Shown: positions 1 to 14,306, counted from the first letter of the whole stretch. The stretch: DNA of 63,368 nucleotides, filler included, from Reticulomyxa filosa (GCA_000512085.1; 18 parts of 18 records of this genome joined end to end with filler, not necessarily neighbours in it), one strand, 5' to 3'. The notes: generated by a model from the sequence alone, not told the origin. A program made the numbers and translations.

Positions 1-83
1 CTTCTTCTTCTTCTTCTTCTCAAACGAAGACAAAAGAATTCCCTGCATTTGATGTCAAACACATCCGTCCCAAACACAAAGAA

Positions 84-3000
84 TTGAAACGCTCGATTCG
101 TATCGACAGTGCTGCCGATATACCTTATATCGCCCTGCGCGTGGCTTTGGACACCATTTCCACTTTTTACGAATCGTCTCGCCATCACGACACAGGGTCC
201 AAGTTGTTCGTCGAAACCATGGGCCGAGTCAGTCTAGATATCATTTTAAACTTTGATGAAATGTTTTTGTACAGTCTCAAACCAGACATTCGTCGCGTTT
301 ATAAACACAGATTTATCATGGCTGTTCAAATCCTACGAAAGCTGTTGGGCTTTGAATGTTCGAGCCATAATTCGTATCTTTTGGACGAACAAATATGGCC
401 CAGTATTACGTCCACCATTTTCAATCGTTTCTTGGATCGATTGAATGCTTGCGCTCCCAATGTTAACGTTTATATATACGTATATATACGTATATATACG
501 TATATATTCGTATATGTACATATATGTGGTATATACGTATTCTGTCTAATGATGATAAAAATATAATAATAATTTTATACAAATAGGAAAATCGACTGTG
601 TTCGGCCTTAACCGATCGATTAAACCTGCTGATGGAACATCTGCACGGCTCTGGGGTTCCCTTGAACTTATATGACAGCGTGAAACTTCGAGTATCGATA
701 TCGATGATGCCTACCGTCTTTGACAAAAGAATAAACTGCTTGCAATCCAGTTTGAGGCGAATGTCTGCAAAGGACGAACACGACAATAAAGTCAGTTGTT
801 ATTTGCAACACAGCAGAGAATTGATATCGGAAATGGCAAACAAAGGCTGCAGCGACCATTGTTTGCGAATTACTTTGCGCAATGGATACAAAAAGTGTTG
901 AAAATGTCAGAGTCCGAATTTGTAAAAAATCCCTCGTTTGAACATTTTGAGCTCCTTTTAAATCGCCAATTGATATTGCCCAACGTCGATGAGAAATCTC
1001 CGGAATCGCAAAGCGTCAAAGACAACGAGTTGCTGATTGCCGTGTCTCATCATAACTTGCTTGCAACTAAACTAACATTGTTCTCTTGGCAAAGATTGTG
1101 TGTCATTCAGATATTACGTGGCAATGGGGCAGTCATTTGCGATTCGTTGTTGTATTTTATGCGGCATCCGTGCGAAGAGCTCGATGTTACTCAATACTCT
1201 TGCACACTCAATAATGTTATTGAGGACTGTTTGAAACGCGTAATCAAAAGCATAATGGTGGCACACTATCCGAAAATGTTTGAAAGCAATTGGAGTGCCT
1301 TTGTGCAAGCATGGTATAAAAAAAATGGAGGGTGGGGAAAAGCGGTGGAACTTACTTTCGTTTCGTATTTTTTGAACAAGTTACTGGAGTGCATGCAAGA
1401 AATGACAAACAAAGAGAGTGCTTGCTATTCCACATTGTGCTTTTATTCCGCAGTCGTCCAACTGTGGAATAATCTCTGTTATGCGTTCCGAATGGTATTT
1501 ATGGATGATTTGCACAAGTGGGTCAAAGTATTTGTGCAGGCACTGCAGCAAGTGCAACATCAGCACACATTTTCAAAATACGCGAGGAGACTCTTCAATA
1601 TAACAGTCGTTTGGAATTTAATTGAAAAAGTTGTAAACTTGCCCGAGTTTGTGATGCCAGTTTCACTTGTTAACCTGAAAAAGAAGCCCTCGTTGGCACC
1701 ACGGCGGGGACAATTTCCATATCTTATTTTGGTCGAAGCTGCTGAAACTAGTCATCAGTTTAAAAAAAAAAAATATATATATGCATATATGTATATAATA
1801 AATACAATTGACATCACATTACAAATTCAATAGATTGTGGGTGGATTTGGCGTGGAAGTGGTTCTGCAAAGAACCTTATCAAAGTATTTTGTCATTATAC
1901 GATAAAAATGAATCAGAGGCACTGAACAACTGCGTGGATAGGGTCATCCGACTGTTTGAACTCTTTGTGGCAACACAAAAAGATGCGTTCAGTTGGGATT
2001 GCTTTACGTCCGTCACACTCAAACTGCTACACAAAGAGGGTCCCAAATCGGAACGAAATGTCGTTACTGCAGTTTTGGAGGCTGTTGTTCGTCATGTTCT
2101 CACATCTTCGCGGGAAAAGAGAAAAGACGAATCCGACCATTCTTTTTTGTTTCGTGCTGTGTGCAATAAAAGTTTTTTTTTTTTTTCCAATCATTTATAT
2201 TAGTAATATGTATACGTATATAATATGTACATAAACATGTATATGTAACTTTTTTTTTTTTTTAAAGCCATCGCGAATTTATAATGTGGAATTTGATTCA
2301 AAAAGATCAAGTGCTATTGTTTAGAATGATTCAAGACAAAGAAACGATAGCAGATTTGTGGAACAATGTTATAATAAAGGAGGTGCTGACCAACTATTTG
2401 CAGAGTCAGCCGAATTTGGCCTATTGCTGCTATCCTTCCACAAGACTTGTTCGTCAAGCGTGGATGAAATCGACGCGAGAGTGAAGCAACTTGTGTTTCC
2501 GATTGTGGAGTCGTATGTCACGAACGCGTCAAAGAAAACCAGTGAATTGACGCCGTTGGAAGATCTCAGCCGACGTATCATGCAATACTTATTGAACTTT
2601 ACATCACCTCTCTCTCACAAGTTGAGTGAAGATAAGAGGCTGCCCTTGGCGAAGTCGATTATCGAGATACACGACATGGACAAGCAACTCGAAAACAGCC
2701 ATGTCAAAAAGTGGTCGTCTGGATTTGTCAAGAAATTTTATGCGGACAAGACCAGTTCCGTCAATCAATTGGTGAATCTGCTCCGTCCTGTCGAACGTAC
2801 TTTGACACGATCGGTGCAACAGGAACATTCCAAAGTGGCGGAAGAATCGATGACTCTTACTATTGTGCATGTGCTTAAGAGTGTGTTGGGCCGTCGAACT
2901 TGGACTGATTTATTGACGTTTTTGTTTTTTTTTTTTTTTTTTTTTTTTTTCCTCTCTTCAATCCCGTAAAACATATAACAAGTGCAAAAAAAAACATTAG

Positions 3001-4175
3001 AACAATTGAATAAATAAACAAAGCGAGAAAGACCCTGTCACAAGTATTGAGGAAGACGCTTTATTGGTGTGGTGCACAAACGCCACCTTTTTTAAAACGT
3101 TTTGCGCGCTAGTGAGATATAGAGTCGATTGGAAGGCATTGTTTGAATGGCTGGTGATTGTCGGAGAGAAGAAACTCAGAGTGAAAGAAATGATAGAGTT
3201 TGGAAAATCTTTGACGAACAATATGGCGCCCAATTATCTTCAAACGAAAGAGATATCTGTGGAAGTGCAGGAATGGATAAACGTACTTACACACGTAGCA
3301 AGTAGTCCGACACAAAACCCGCTCTTGCGCAGTTTTGTCGCCAATATTTTGCAGAAACTGATGAGCGATGTAGACTTTGTTGTTGCCACATTCGGAGCCA
3401 CACACATATGGACGCTCGTCCGCTCCCTCTTCTATTGCTATCACATTGGGGCTCATGTTTCCTATCAACCTGTGCGCGACAAATTGATAACGTTTATCGA
3501 TGGCGTTCGACAAGTGGAAGAGCATGCGTTGAGACAAGACAGATCCGATGTCTTGAAAAAGAGCCTCCGAGATGACAATGACAATACGAATCAAATTGGA
3601 GATATCACGAAACTACTCTTCCAAAATTTGGTGAATTTGGAGAAAGTGTTTGAAGTAGATGCTGTGAACAATGAAGGCAATTGCACTGCCAATCTATTGA
3701 AAGGATGTTTGGAGGCTTCGTTTGCCTTCATTCAAAGCAATCCTGGGTTGTATTGTCATTTGTCTACAGAAATCTGCATTCTGTGCTTAAACACCTTGAC
3801 ATTCATTGGAAGATATCCATTTCATTGGGATATCAAAAGCGATTTGCAAACCTGTGCACGTTTGTTTTCTCTGTGCCAAATACAATAAGATAAACCAAAA
3901 TAATAACATGTTTTTGTTTTGTTTTGTTCCAATATTTTGTAAAAGTTCTTGGCCTGGGCAATAACTTACCCGTAGATGCATGGCTGACAATGGGACGCTG
4001 GCTGGTCAGTGTCATAGACGACAACTCGTTAAATTCAAAACTGTAAAATGCAACAACTGTTGCAATTGAACGACAGCGAATTGAAACGTGCTGAAACGTA
4101 TCTCCACTTTTATGCGCTCCGTATTGTCGTGAATTGTGGCATTTCCACCGCACGAAAACAGCCACAGCTTCCAAA
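84..4175 (+). CDS. Large multi-exon hypothetical protein, partial at both ends, helical-looking
   Basis: Chain of + strand ORFs (84-566, 632-901, 796-1833, 1808-2203, 2284-2484, 2358-2969, 3064-3888, 4048-) separated by poly-T/(TA)n introns. Overlapping frames near 840 and 2480 imply single-base indels. No family recognised. Confidence 0.55.
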
Positions 4176-4191
4176 GGTTTTTTTTTTTTTT

Positions 4192-4291
4192 NNNNNNNNN
4201 NNNNNNNNNNNNNNNNNNNNNNNNNNNNNNNNNNNTTAATTAATTAANNNNNNNNNNNNNNNNNNNNNNNNNNNNNNNNNNNNNNNNNNNN
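4192..4291. other. Artificial contig spacer (N44-TTAATTAATTAA-N44), first of 17
   Basis: The same 100-nt linker recurs starting at 4192, 6667, 8511, 9718, 12409, 30258, 31455, 32726, 34214, 35614, 42223, 50653, 53279, 54968, 56948, 58429 and 61115. It has stops in all frames, and contigs mostly break at homopolymers or microsatellites. Confidence 0.98.
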
Positions 4292-4374
4292 ATCTTCTCG
4301 AATGTTTCTTTCTTTACACCGGTTAAACGGCGAAATTGGTCTGAATTTAACCCTTTGATAGCTTCGTATTTCAT
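4292..4374 (-). CDS. IS5-family transposase N-terminus, truncated by contig end
   Basis: Manual translation MKYEAIKGLNSDQFRRLTGVKKETFEK. The FRRLTGV..TF motif is characteristic of HTH_Tnp_4/DDE_Tnp_4 transposases. Too short for the ORF track. Confidence 0.75.
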
Positions 4375-4437
4375 AACTTCCTATATTAGTTACTAAATAC
4401 TTTTTAATCTATTTCTTTTAGTTTCGAAAGAAGTCTA
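4292..4437 (-). mobile_element. Left end of an IS5-family (ISL2/IS1381-like) insertion sequence
   Basis: Minus strand reads TAGACTTCTTTCGAAAC (4437-4421), typical of this group's terminal IR, then an AGGAAG ribosome-binding site and a transposase start. The contig breaks inside the element. Confidence 0.75.
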
Positions 4438-4643
4438 TTTTCTTCTTGCGGTTTGTTAAGCGGTCTTAGAATTTTTTTATATTCATCACGGGATAATCCT
4501 ATATCTCTATCAATTGGATCTTTTAAAGTAGTGCTAACATGGTGGTTGGCATGTTTCTGCGAACACGAAACATTGAATAGTAAAGATCCTAGTAACAATA
4601 GCTTTAAAGCTTTGAAAGGAATTTGTGAGATTGATTTAAACAT
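4404..4643 (-). CDS. Bacterial exported or lipoprotein-like protein, interrupted by the IS
   Basis: Basic N-terminus, hydrophobic LKLLLLGSLLF and an imperfect lipobox NVSC. The last residues RLLSKLKEID are encoded by the IS end. Confidence 0.5.
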   Translation of the reverse strand: MFKSISQIPFKALKLLLLGSLLFNVSCSQKHANHHVSTTLKDPIDRDIGLSRDEYKKILRPLNKPQEENRLLSKLKEID

Positions 4644-4804
4644 ATAATACTTTGCCTCAACGCATGGTCATTAATCTATTAACAACAATATTAAAGTTAT
4701 TTTTAAATTATTTATTATTCAAGCTAAAAAGTGGTTTCTTAACATAAAAGTAATTTTTCTGAGGCTTGACTGTATCTTCACAAGTATATTTAATAGCGAA
4801 ATAA

Positions 4805-6056
<1,252 letters not shown>

Positions 6057-6170
6057 AATAGTATTAAAGCTGGAAATAAATGATTTTATTAACAAAATTT
6101 AATAAAATGAGGGTAACTTTTTGGATATAAATGATGTATAATTTGCTAAATTTGATTTTTAGAAATATTT

Positions 6171-6666
6171 ATGCTTTCAAGATTAGACGCAGCAAAAGGA
6201 ACGATTGGTTATATTACCAGTTTTCTCGCAGTGAGAGATGTTATGTATTCAGTTGGTTATTCAACTGATGCAGTGTTGAATTTAGCAGTTAAAGCCCCTT
6301 GGAAAATATTAAGTGGTATAGGTTACCTAACATATTCGGGGTTTCAGCTTTTAAGTTATTATCCAGATTCTTATGAAAGTTTAGTAGAAGCTAAAAAAAA
6401 TCTGATGGAAGACTTTCCTAATGCATTAAAGAAAACATTTGGTAATACTTTAAATGCATTTTTTATGGAGCTAAGGGAATTAGCGAGGGTAGGTTAACTT
6501 TTTGTATATGGTATGGAGCTCATAAAGCATTAGAATCTTGTGCGCCATATTATCATAATGTGCTAAGAAGTTATTTCGCTGAGGGTGTTTTCTGAAGCAT
6601 ACGCGTCAAGTTAAGGGTTTATGACAATCAGTTTTATGGCAGAGAGTGTGGATATCCTAGTGTGTC
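6171..6666 (+). CDS. Bacterial hypothetical membrane-associated protein, probably running to the contig end through homopolymer frameshifts
   Basis: 108-aa ORF. Adding one T at ~6494 continues as LTFCIWYGAHKALESCAPYYHNVLRSYFAEGV, with further shifts near the contig end. Confidence 0.45.
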
Positions 6667-6805
6667 NNNNNNNNNNNNNNNNNNNNNNNNNNNNNNNNNN
6701 NNNNNNNNNNTTAATTAATTAANNNNNNNNNNNNNNNNNNNNNNNNNNNNNNNNNNNNNNNNNNNNAAAAAAAAAAACAACAATTGTAAATTGAATTGAA
6801 AGGGA

Positions 6806-7099
6806 ATGGCCGCGGATGATCGATTGGCAATAATCCCTTTGCATTATCATGTGAGACGCTTATTCTCACTGGAATCCGACCAACAAAAGAAACTCGAAGA
6901 AAACAACTCCAACGTTTTGGAGTTGCTAACGCAAGATATCTCCGAATTTGGAGTGTTTGTGTACGATACTGACAAACCCGATATTTTGGAAATCCACATT
7001 CACAAATTCATCGCCATGCCCAAACGCGAACACGTTTGGAATACTGTTCTGTCTTTGGCCGCAAACAGGCTTGGAGGTCCATTGCATAACCTCACTTAA
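6806..7099 (+). CDS. Terminal exon of a eukaryotic hypothetical protein
   Basis: GC-richer open frame after an A-rich intron, followed by stop and AT-rich 3' sequence. Confidence 0.45.
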   Translation: MAADDRLAIIPLHYHVRRLFSLESDQQKKLEENNSNVLELLTQDISEFGVFVYDTDKPDILEIHIHKFIAMPKREHVWNTVLSLAANRLGGPLHNLT

Positions 7100-7819
7100 T
7101 CTTGTTTTCAATTTGTTTTGGCTCTTTTTTTTTTTTTTTTTTTTTCCCCCCCCCTCTCCTTTTGAATCAAGTTAGCGCAAACTGTTTCGTCTCCTTTTGT
7201 TGTTGGTCGCTGTTGTGTAAAGTGTATGCAATTTCATCAAATAACATTCTATTTTCCAAAATAACAACTTTTTTAAAAATATAATGTAGCGAAAAGTATT
7301 AGCATTTTCCCTTTTTTCACACGAATGTCAATGCAATCAAAAATTTTTACACATTTACAAGCGTATACTTTCAATTTTTGTTATGACAGTTTAATGCACA
7401 CAATTTTGAAACATGTCAGTCGAGCGTGTATCTTGTACGAACTCAAAACGTAGAATTGAAAAACAAAAAGCTTTAAAGAGATGCAAAGTAAGTTTTTTTA
7501 AAAGGCCGATTTGTATTGACCTTATTTGCAAGATAATCTTTTAAATAAACAACTGTGCAAGTTTGGAAATTATTTGTCTGTTTTTGTTGGTTGTTTAAAA
7601 AAAGTTTAAACAAATAATAAAGATAAGATGAAGATCTTTCAAAGCAAAGTCACCAAGTGGAATCAATTAAAAAAAAAAGCTGAAGACGTAGGTGACACAA
7701 ATAGAGCTTCTTCGAAAAAGGATTTAATGTAAATATTTTTCATCAAAAATACGACAAAAAAGGGCAAACTGTTACAATTGTACTTGATGAAGAACAGTAA
7801 GTTTTTGAATACCATACTA

Positions 7820-8301
7820 ATGTTAGCTGGGAAACACGTGGTTATTCAAGTGACGAATGTGCATCTTTATATTCATTGAGAAATACAAACAGTATATTTT
7901 ATTAACAAATTTATTTTTATAGGTAAATACTATGATATAAGTATTAGTCAAGAACGCAATAACTATATATGGAGTAATTGCAGCCCAATTAGTTAAATAC
8001 GTCCAAGTGACAAAGTAAATCTAGAAATCGTTTTGGTTTTTTATTATATTTACGAATTGTTTAAAAAATTTGAATATTTTATTGATTTTTGAAAATTTTA
8101 GAGAAAAAGTTGACAATAGTGACTGTGTAGTACCATGAAATTTGACAACATTTTTTAAAGCATTTTCAGAAAGTGATAGATGAGTATATATTTTTTTTAA
8201 AATAAAAAAAATTATATATGATGTCGTTTTTTCATGAAGAAAATCAATTATCTATATAATGTACCGTTTTATGTTTCAACTTTCTTTTGCATTATACTGT
8301 A
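7820..8301 (+). mobile_element. Degenerate Tc1-like element with right TIR at 8227-8301
   Basis: 8227-8301 (TTTTTCATGAAGAAAATCAATTATC...TTTCTTTTGCATTATACTGTA) is the reverse complement of the TIR at 60964. Faint transposase relics upstream: W..V..SDEC near 7828-7860 and VIAAQLVKY near 7975-8000. Confidence 0.55.
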
Positions 8302-8957
8302 TTAGAAGAAATATGACCATTTTGTGAATTATAAATTTTGATATTCAAAAATTGTTTGATAATGTATTATTTTCCAGTAGAAGCATTTCCACAAATGACT
8401 TGAACGTGATATATCTGAATAAATCTTATAATATTTTGTATAAAATTTTTATTTATTATTCTTTTGAATTATTCAAAAGACATTGAACAAATCATTTTGA
8501 ATTGTTTTAANNNNNNNNNNNNNNNNNNNNNNNNNNNNNNNNNNNNNNNNNNNNTTAATTAATTAANNNNNNNNNNNNNNNNNNNNNNNNNNNNNNNNNN
8601 NNNNNNNNNNTCGTTGTTGTTCATTTTTTTTTTTTTTTTTTTTTTGTCAAACATTGCAGATTATGTCACTTCTACATTTTTACCTCTTTTTTTTTTTTTT
8701 TGAGAACAAATCAAAACTGAATTTGTCATTCTCCTTCGTGCACTCTCATCAGAACACTCTTCCGTAAAAAACACCTCCACTATGACTGTGCTTCCAACAT
8801 TCTCATTATCGTCATATCCTTTATTTATTTATTTTATTTAAATTAAGACAGATGGTAAACGTATCATTTTGCAAAGTGACTCCAATTCCCTTTTTACTTA
8901 TTTGTGTGACTCCAAATCAAAAAAAATAAAAAAAAAAAAAAAAAAAACAAACACCAA

Positions 8958-9680
8958 ACCGCTGTAATCTTGGACGAGTACAACGCAATCAACGGTTTTT
9001 CCACTGTTGGAAGTCACGAACTCGGGCGACAGCTCGACGTCGGCGATGGTGTTGCCGTCGGGGTCGACGACTCTGCACTTGGCCGACGTGTGATTGGCCA
9101 GCAGCAGACGACCGAAGGAGCTTGTAATGTTGGAATTGAAAAAAGAAATGGACTCGCCGGGCAGTCGTCCGATCAAACTTTGATGTCCCAAGTACGTAAA
9201 TGCGTCGAAGCTGAGGCTCTGCAATTCGTTATGGTCTGTAAAATTTGGACTGATTTTGCCTTCCGTGTTTGCCACCACACCTTTTTGTTCCCATCCCATT
9301 CCACGATCATTTACATTCATTTGTTTATATATATGTATATACATTTCCAAAAAAAACAAAACATTACACTCCTCTGTTTGTTGTGTTGTTTGCATGCCAC
9401 TCAACTAAGGCCTAACGTAGCAACACTTTGGAAAGTGTCAATATCGGGAGTGGCTCCACAAATTGTCGCATAATGGCTCAGATAGTCCATGACTTGGGAA
9501 ATGTATCCATTTTTCAAAATCATTGCCACTGTGGTTTCCGACAAAAATTCGGGGAGACTCGTGATGGTCTTCAGTGTCGATATGTCACTCAGCAATGCGT
9601 GCACGTCCACGATTTCGCGCGCGGATATCGTGGACACTATGCTTTCCAGGGCCGTCTTCCCACTGTCTAGCAGCGTGCTG
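8958..9680 (-). CDS. Internal exons of a large hypothetical protein, possibly a REJ/GAIN-like extracellular region
   Basis: Two exon ORFs (9401-9637, 8898-9404) bounded by introns. LGHQSLIGRLPGES loosely resembles polycystin-type pre-GPS regions; the family call is weak. Confidence 0.35.
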
Positions 9681-10356
9681 TATTATAACAAAATACACAC
9701 ACACACACACACACACANNNNNNNNNNNNNNNNNNNNNNNNNNNNNNNNNNNNNNNNNNNNTTAATTAATTAANNNNNNNNNNNNNNNNNNNNNNNNNNN
9801 NNNNNNNNNNNNNNNNNATTCATCAAAAACAAATGGAAATACGATAAAAAAAAAATACACATACAATTTCTATATTTAATCATTCTCTAACAACAACAAA
9901 AAATTATATGATTTTCTTTCTTGTTATTAATTATTCTTTATCTAACTCATTTTTGTTTTATTGGAAACTGCTCTCAAAAAAAGCGTCTGTCGTATTACAC
10001 TTACAATTTCTGTACCTGAGCTTCCTACAGGTCTGTATTGTGATTCTACTGTTCTACTTTTAATATTGCCAATTGTTCATATTAAACAAAAAGAAAATAG
10101 TATGAATGTATCCACGCATGTGCTCAGCAAAATAAAAAAAAGAATACTATCTGATGACACTTATTTGAATTGTTTGATTTGAACAATTCTATCATAGTCT
10201 TTTCGTTCTCAAATGATTGACACATGTATTGAAATTGCTACATACTTTTGAAACATTTATTCCAAAAGTGAAGTGATGAAAAAGGAGAAAACAAGTTTTT
10301 CTTTTAAGACATGAAAAAAAAAAGTAATGTTTCAATTTTTTGTATGGGATATATGG

Positions 10357-12345
10357 TCAATCCATTTTTTGTTCTTCTGTTTTATTTTGGCTGTCAGTAA
10401 GCACTTTGTCTTTGGCTTCTGTATTTGTGGTTGTAGGTTGCTCTCGAGGGGGGAGCGTGGCTTCGGAGATTTCAGCCAATCTGCGACGCCTAAAATTGTT
10501 TTGAACAGTTATAAACTGTTCAAATAAAGTATCAACATCAACTTTGAATTTGTCTTGTTTCAACTGGTTTTGAGATTGAGACTGAAGCAGAGCAACTTTT
10601 TTGTTGGTTGTAGCATTAGGTGCACAATCCAATAATCCAAACGAGCTTGCACAGTGCAAGCGTAAGCGCAAGTTATTGAAGGCACTGTTTTGTGGCAAGA
10701 GCATCAATAAGCCATATAAAATTTTGAGCAATTGAGGATGTTGCTGAGGTTCCAACAGTTGCAGACGCATATGAACAAATGTTGGAGATTCGATGAGTGA
10801 GATGAGTTTATCAATTTGCATTAAGAATCCGACTGTCATATCCAAATTGGCAAAGTACCATACCAATCGCGAGCCTGTGTGTATATATATATGTATTTTT
10901 TTTATTTTTTTTTTTTTTTTTGCAATCACAAAATATAACAAAAAGACAAACCTAAAGAATAAACATTTCCCAACAAGCACAATGCCAAACAGGAGACAGG
11001 ATTGTAACACCATGCATGAAACAGAGTGGTGAACAGCTTCCAATTTTCGGGTGTTTCTTGGCAACTTTTGATTTGCAATCGCAACTCTTCCATTGGCTTG
11101 GTATCAGTAGTTAAAAGAATTAAATTTAAAGATTGGACCATCAAAGAGCAAAATTCCAAATCTCGACATATGACCTCTTCCGAAACCAACTTGTCGACCA
11201 AAGCCACATACACTTTCGTCGCGCCCAGCAATTCGCACAACTTTTCAGTGATGAATTTGCCGCGGACGGCCAACAAATTGGTGCGCTCTTTGAACACCAC
11301 TAGCAAATTGACACAAACCAAGTGAAAGTATTTGTCATTGATGGATATCTGCGAGAGTACCGTCAATGTGAGTTCGACGACCTGGTCGTCCGCGTCGCAC
11401 AGCAAGCTGAGCAGCACGGGGAACAGTTTTGATTTTTCTTCAATTTCCTTCAAGTCCAAGTTCAGATTTACAAGCATCATACAAATCCAATCCAACGCCG
11501 CGATTTTCGTTTCAACAAAATCGCTTTCCAAGGCCTCTCTTAGAATTTCAAGTAGTTCATAAACCTTATGTATTAATATATTAATATATAAATGTGTAAA
11601 TGTATACATGTGCATATATACATATATAAATATGCATATACACATATATATATATAATATATATATGTATGTATAAAGTATAAATAATGTCTAAAAAAAA
11701 CAAGACAAATCAACTTTATGTTCGTGCAACGGCTGTTTTAAAGTGGAGAATTTTTTAATGAGTGCATACAACTCGCGATTGACATTGGTGGCTTGAGACG
11801 CAATATGAGCATCGGAATCCTTGAGACACCTCAAGAGCACGACCAAGATGGAAGGGAAGTATTCACTCAGTTTGAACTTGCCCAACTTGAGGAACTCGTG
11901 AAGCCAAATGAGTGCAGTTCCTCTTCGCTTGCTGTTATGCTTCTCATTTAATTTCATTTGATGCACGAGAATGCCCACCATGGGATGCAAGTCCACATGA
12001 ACCGACGCGCTTATCTCTCTCAAAAAATCGCTAAGCACGAGTTCCGTCTGTTTCACAATTTCCTCTTTGTCGTCTTCCAGCATTTCAAACAGCCCATCCA
12101 AAAAGTGCGGCAGCGAGTCTAGCAGCTCTATGCCGGGCGTTTTGTTCAGCAGAATTATCCACTGCAGCAGCAGCTCCCGCACTTCTGCATTTTTCTTGTT
12201 CATGTGCGCTCGCAATCGCGGAATGAACATATCCAACTCGAACTGATCTGCACTTCGAGTCACTATTTCCTTCAGCAGTCGATTCAACAGGCTTGCTGCT
12301 GTTCTTACATTTTCGTCTGGGTCTTCGAACAATATACATAAACCT
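10357..12345 (-). CDS. VAC14: VAC14 (PIKfyve/Fab1 complex scaffold), 5'-partial, at least 3 exons
   Basis: HEAT region (LNRLLKEIV, LPHFLDGLF) plus the Fig4-binding domain: AWCYNPVSCLALCLL, TVGFLMQIDKL, ESPTFVHMRLQLLEP, LYGLLMLLPQNSAF. Confidence 0.93.
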
Positions 12346-12839
12346 ATTTTTTTTTTTTTTTTATTATTTATAAAAAAAAACTCTTTTTTTTTTTTTTTTT
12401 TTTTTGAGNNNNNNNNNNNNNNNNNNNNNNNNNNNNNNNNNNNNNNNNNNNNTTAATTAATTAANNNNNNNNNNNNNNNNNNNNNNNNNNNNNNNNNNNN
12501 NNNNNNNNAATTAAATTTAAAATATCAAAAGAGCAAAGTAAATTTCAAAAGTCAAAGCCTGGGATCAATCAACGGTTATAAAAACAATTTGGCTCTTTCC
12601 TGTGGAAGTCAGTGGGAATTATAGGAATTGAATTCTCTGAGCATTGTTTTCGAATTATTGAAGTCTCATAAAATATTGAGATTCAATTCGCTTCTTTTAA
12701 CAAATTAGAAAAAACTGAAATAAAATTAAGTTTAATACTTAAAATAATCAATTGTGTGTGAATGTTTATTTGTTTCTGTTTTCAATCTTATTGAAGACGA
12801 AAATCGTTGCTAATAATCGAAGATTAACTTCGAATTTTG

Positions 12840-13850
12840 CACTCAGATCATTTCCCAATCACGTTCAATATCAAAACCACGTGGTATTCACCACGAATTG
12901 AACGACAAAAGATTGAGACTTGGAACCTGAGGGCAACAAATGGGAACAATTTAGATTAAGATTGAGAAGAAACATTGACAATTGGATGCAATCTATTGAT
13001 CCTATTGTATTGGGTAACACTGAGACATTGGACAAAGCCTATTTGGATAAAGCGTTGGTAAATTGATGGAAAGAATCATCATAAGGAGATTATGTGGTGG
13101 CTAAATGAGAAACACAAGCGGGATTTTAATCGTGGCATAATACAGATGAATTGTTATTGCGATTGGCTGATACAATCCACACAAGTCTTTCGATTGCAAT
13201 TCAGTGACATATGCAGTGTTATTGGACATTTCGAGAAATGAATTTAAATTAGATAGAAGGTTATATTGACAGCTTCTTATCATTGGGGATCGAAAGCGGA
13301 AAAGTTCGTGATCGATATTTTTTTTTTTTTTTTTCGTAATCGATACCAAGATAAAGATTTGAACAATTTCTCAAAAAACAAAGCAAAACAAAAAGAATGC
13401 TTCAACAAATTTTATGTTTATTTTGATTGCAATAATTTAGTTTAATTTTGTTAGTGGTGACTGTGTTCAACTTTGAGTGAGGTGCTTGTTTTGCCCCTAT
13501 GTCAATTTAACAAACTACGTTCTTTTCATCTAAAAAAAATAAAAAATAAATTGGAATCAAGTTATCTCGACGTGAACAACGAAAACCAAAGACACAAAGG
13601 AAAAACAAGAAAGAGGAAGGAAACAATCATGTTCAATCTCCAAGACAATTATCAGGCCATCATTTGAATATACTTGTGTATTTTGGAATGGTGCTACTGA
13701 TTGCCACAAACGAAGATTAGAAAGGAGCCAAAGAGTATCAATGTGTAGAATTCTTGGAGTTATGAATTTTACAGCATATGATACTGTAAATGTGATCACC
13801 CAATTGGAATTACGGCGAAGACAAGAAGAAGTGGAAATTTCCGGACATTA
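12840..13850 (+). pseudogene. Degenerate non-LTR retrotransposon (LINE) ORF2 fragments: endonuclease end, part of RT, thumb
   Basis: Manual frames give SDHFPITFNIK (~12843; APE C-terminus), QAGF.SWHNTDELLLRL..AVLLDIS (~13115-13232; RT 2-3) and KTIIRPSFEYTCVFWN..RLERSQR..RILG (~13642-13760). Homologous, inverted, to 16010-16205 and 15140-15260. Confidence 0.8.
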
Positions 13851-13890
13851 TTTGCAAATCACGAAGCGGCAAAATGCCGAAACAAGAATG

Positions 13891-14240
13891 AAAAAAAAAT
13901 TCATATCCCCTTCATAATCATTGGCTAACTAAAAAAGCCAATAGGGGCAATGCCGAAGCAAAGTGAGTGGCAAAAATGCCAAAATACATCCTTCAATCGA
14001 GGCTAGGCATCTCATTAACAAATTTTTTCAAACTCTGTGCCAAAAACACGCGAGAAGCCTAATGCTCCGAGCCATGCTCGAAACCGACGAAAAGGTCCCC
14101 AAAGGCCCGGCCTTTTCGTTGCTTTCCGGGCCTTGCTCCTCGCGTTCGGCATTAGCTCATGTTAATGAGATGCCTGCCGGCATTTACCCCTGTTGATTTT
14201 TAGTTAGTCAATGATGATGCAATGATATATATTTTTTTTT
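13891..14240. repeat. ~350-bp fold-back (nested inverted repeat) element, MITE-like
   Basis: Outer arms ATCATTGGCTAACTAAAAAAGCCAATAGGGGCAATGCC / GGCATTTACCCCTGTTGATTTTTAGTTAGTCAATGAT, a perfect 16-bp stem AGGCATCTCATTAACA/TGTTAATGAGATGCCT, and a GC-rich inner hairpin. Confidence 0.8.
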
Positions 14241-14306
14241 TAGGTGTTTGATATTAATTTTTGTCATTTTGATTATTGTTGCCGAAATATTGATTGACAA
14301 CAAATA

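Noticed and set aside
4192-4291. Recurrent TTAATTAATTAA as a biological repeat or CRISPR-like unit
   Set aside because: Always flanked by 44 N on each side; it is an assembly linker.
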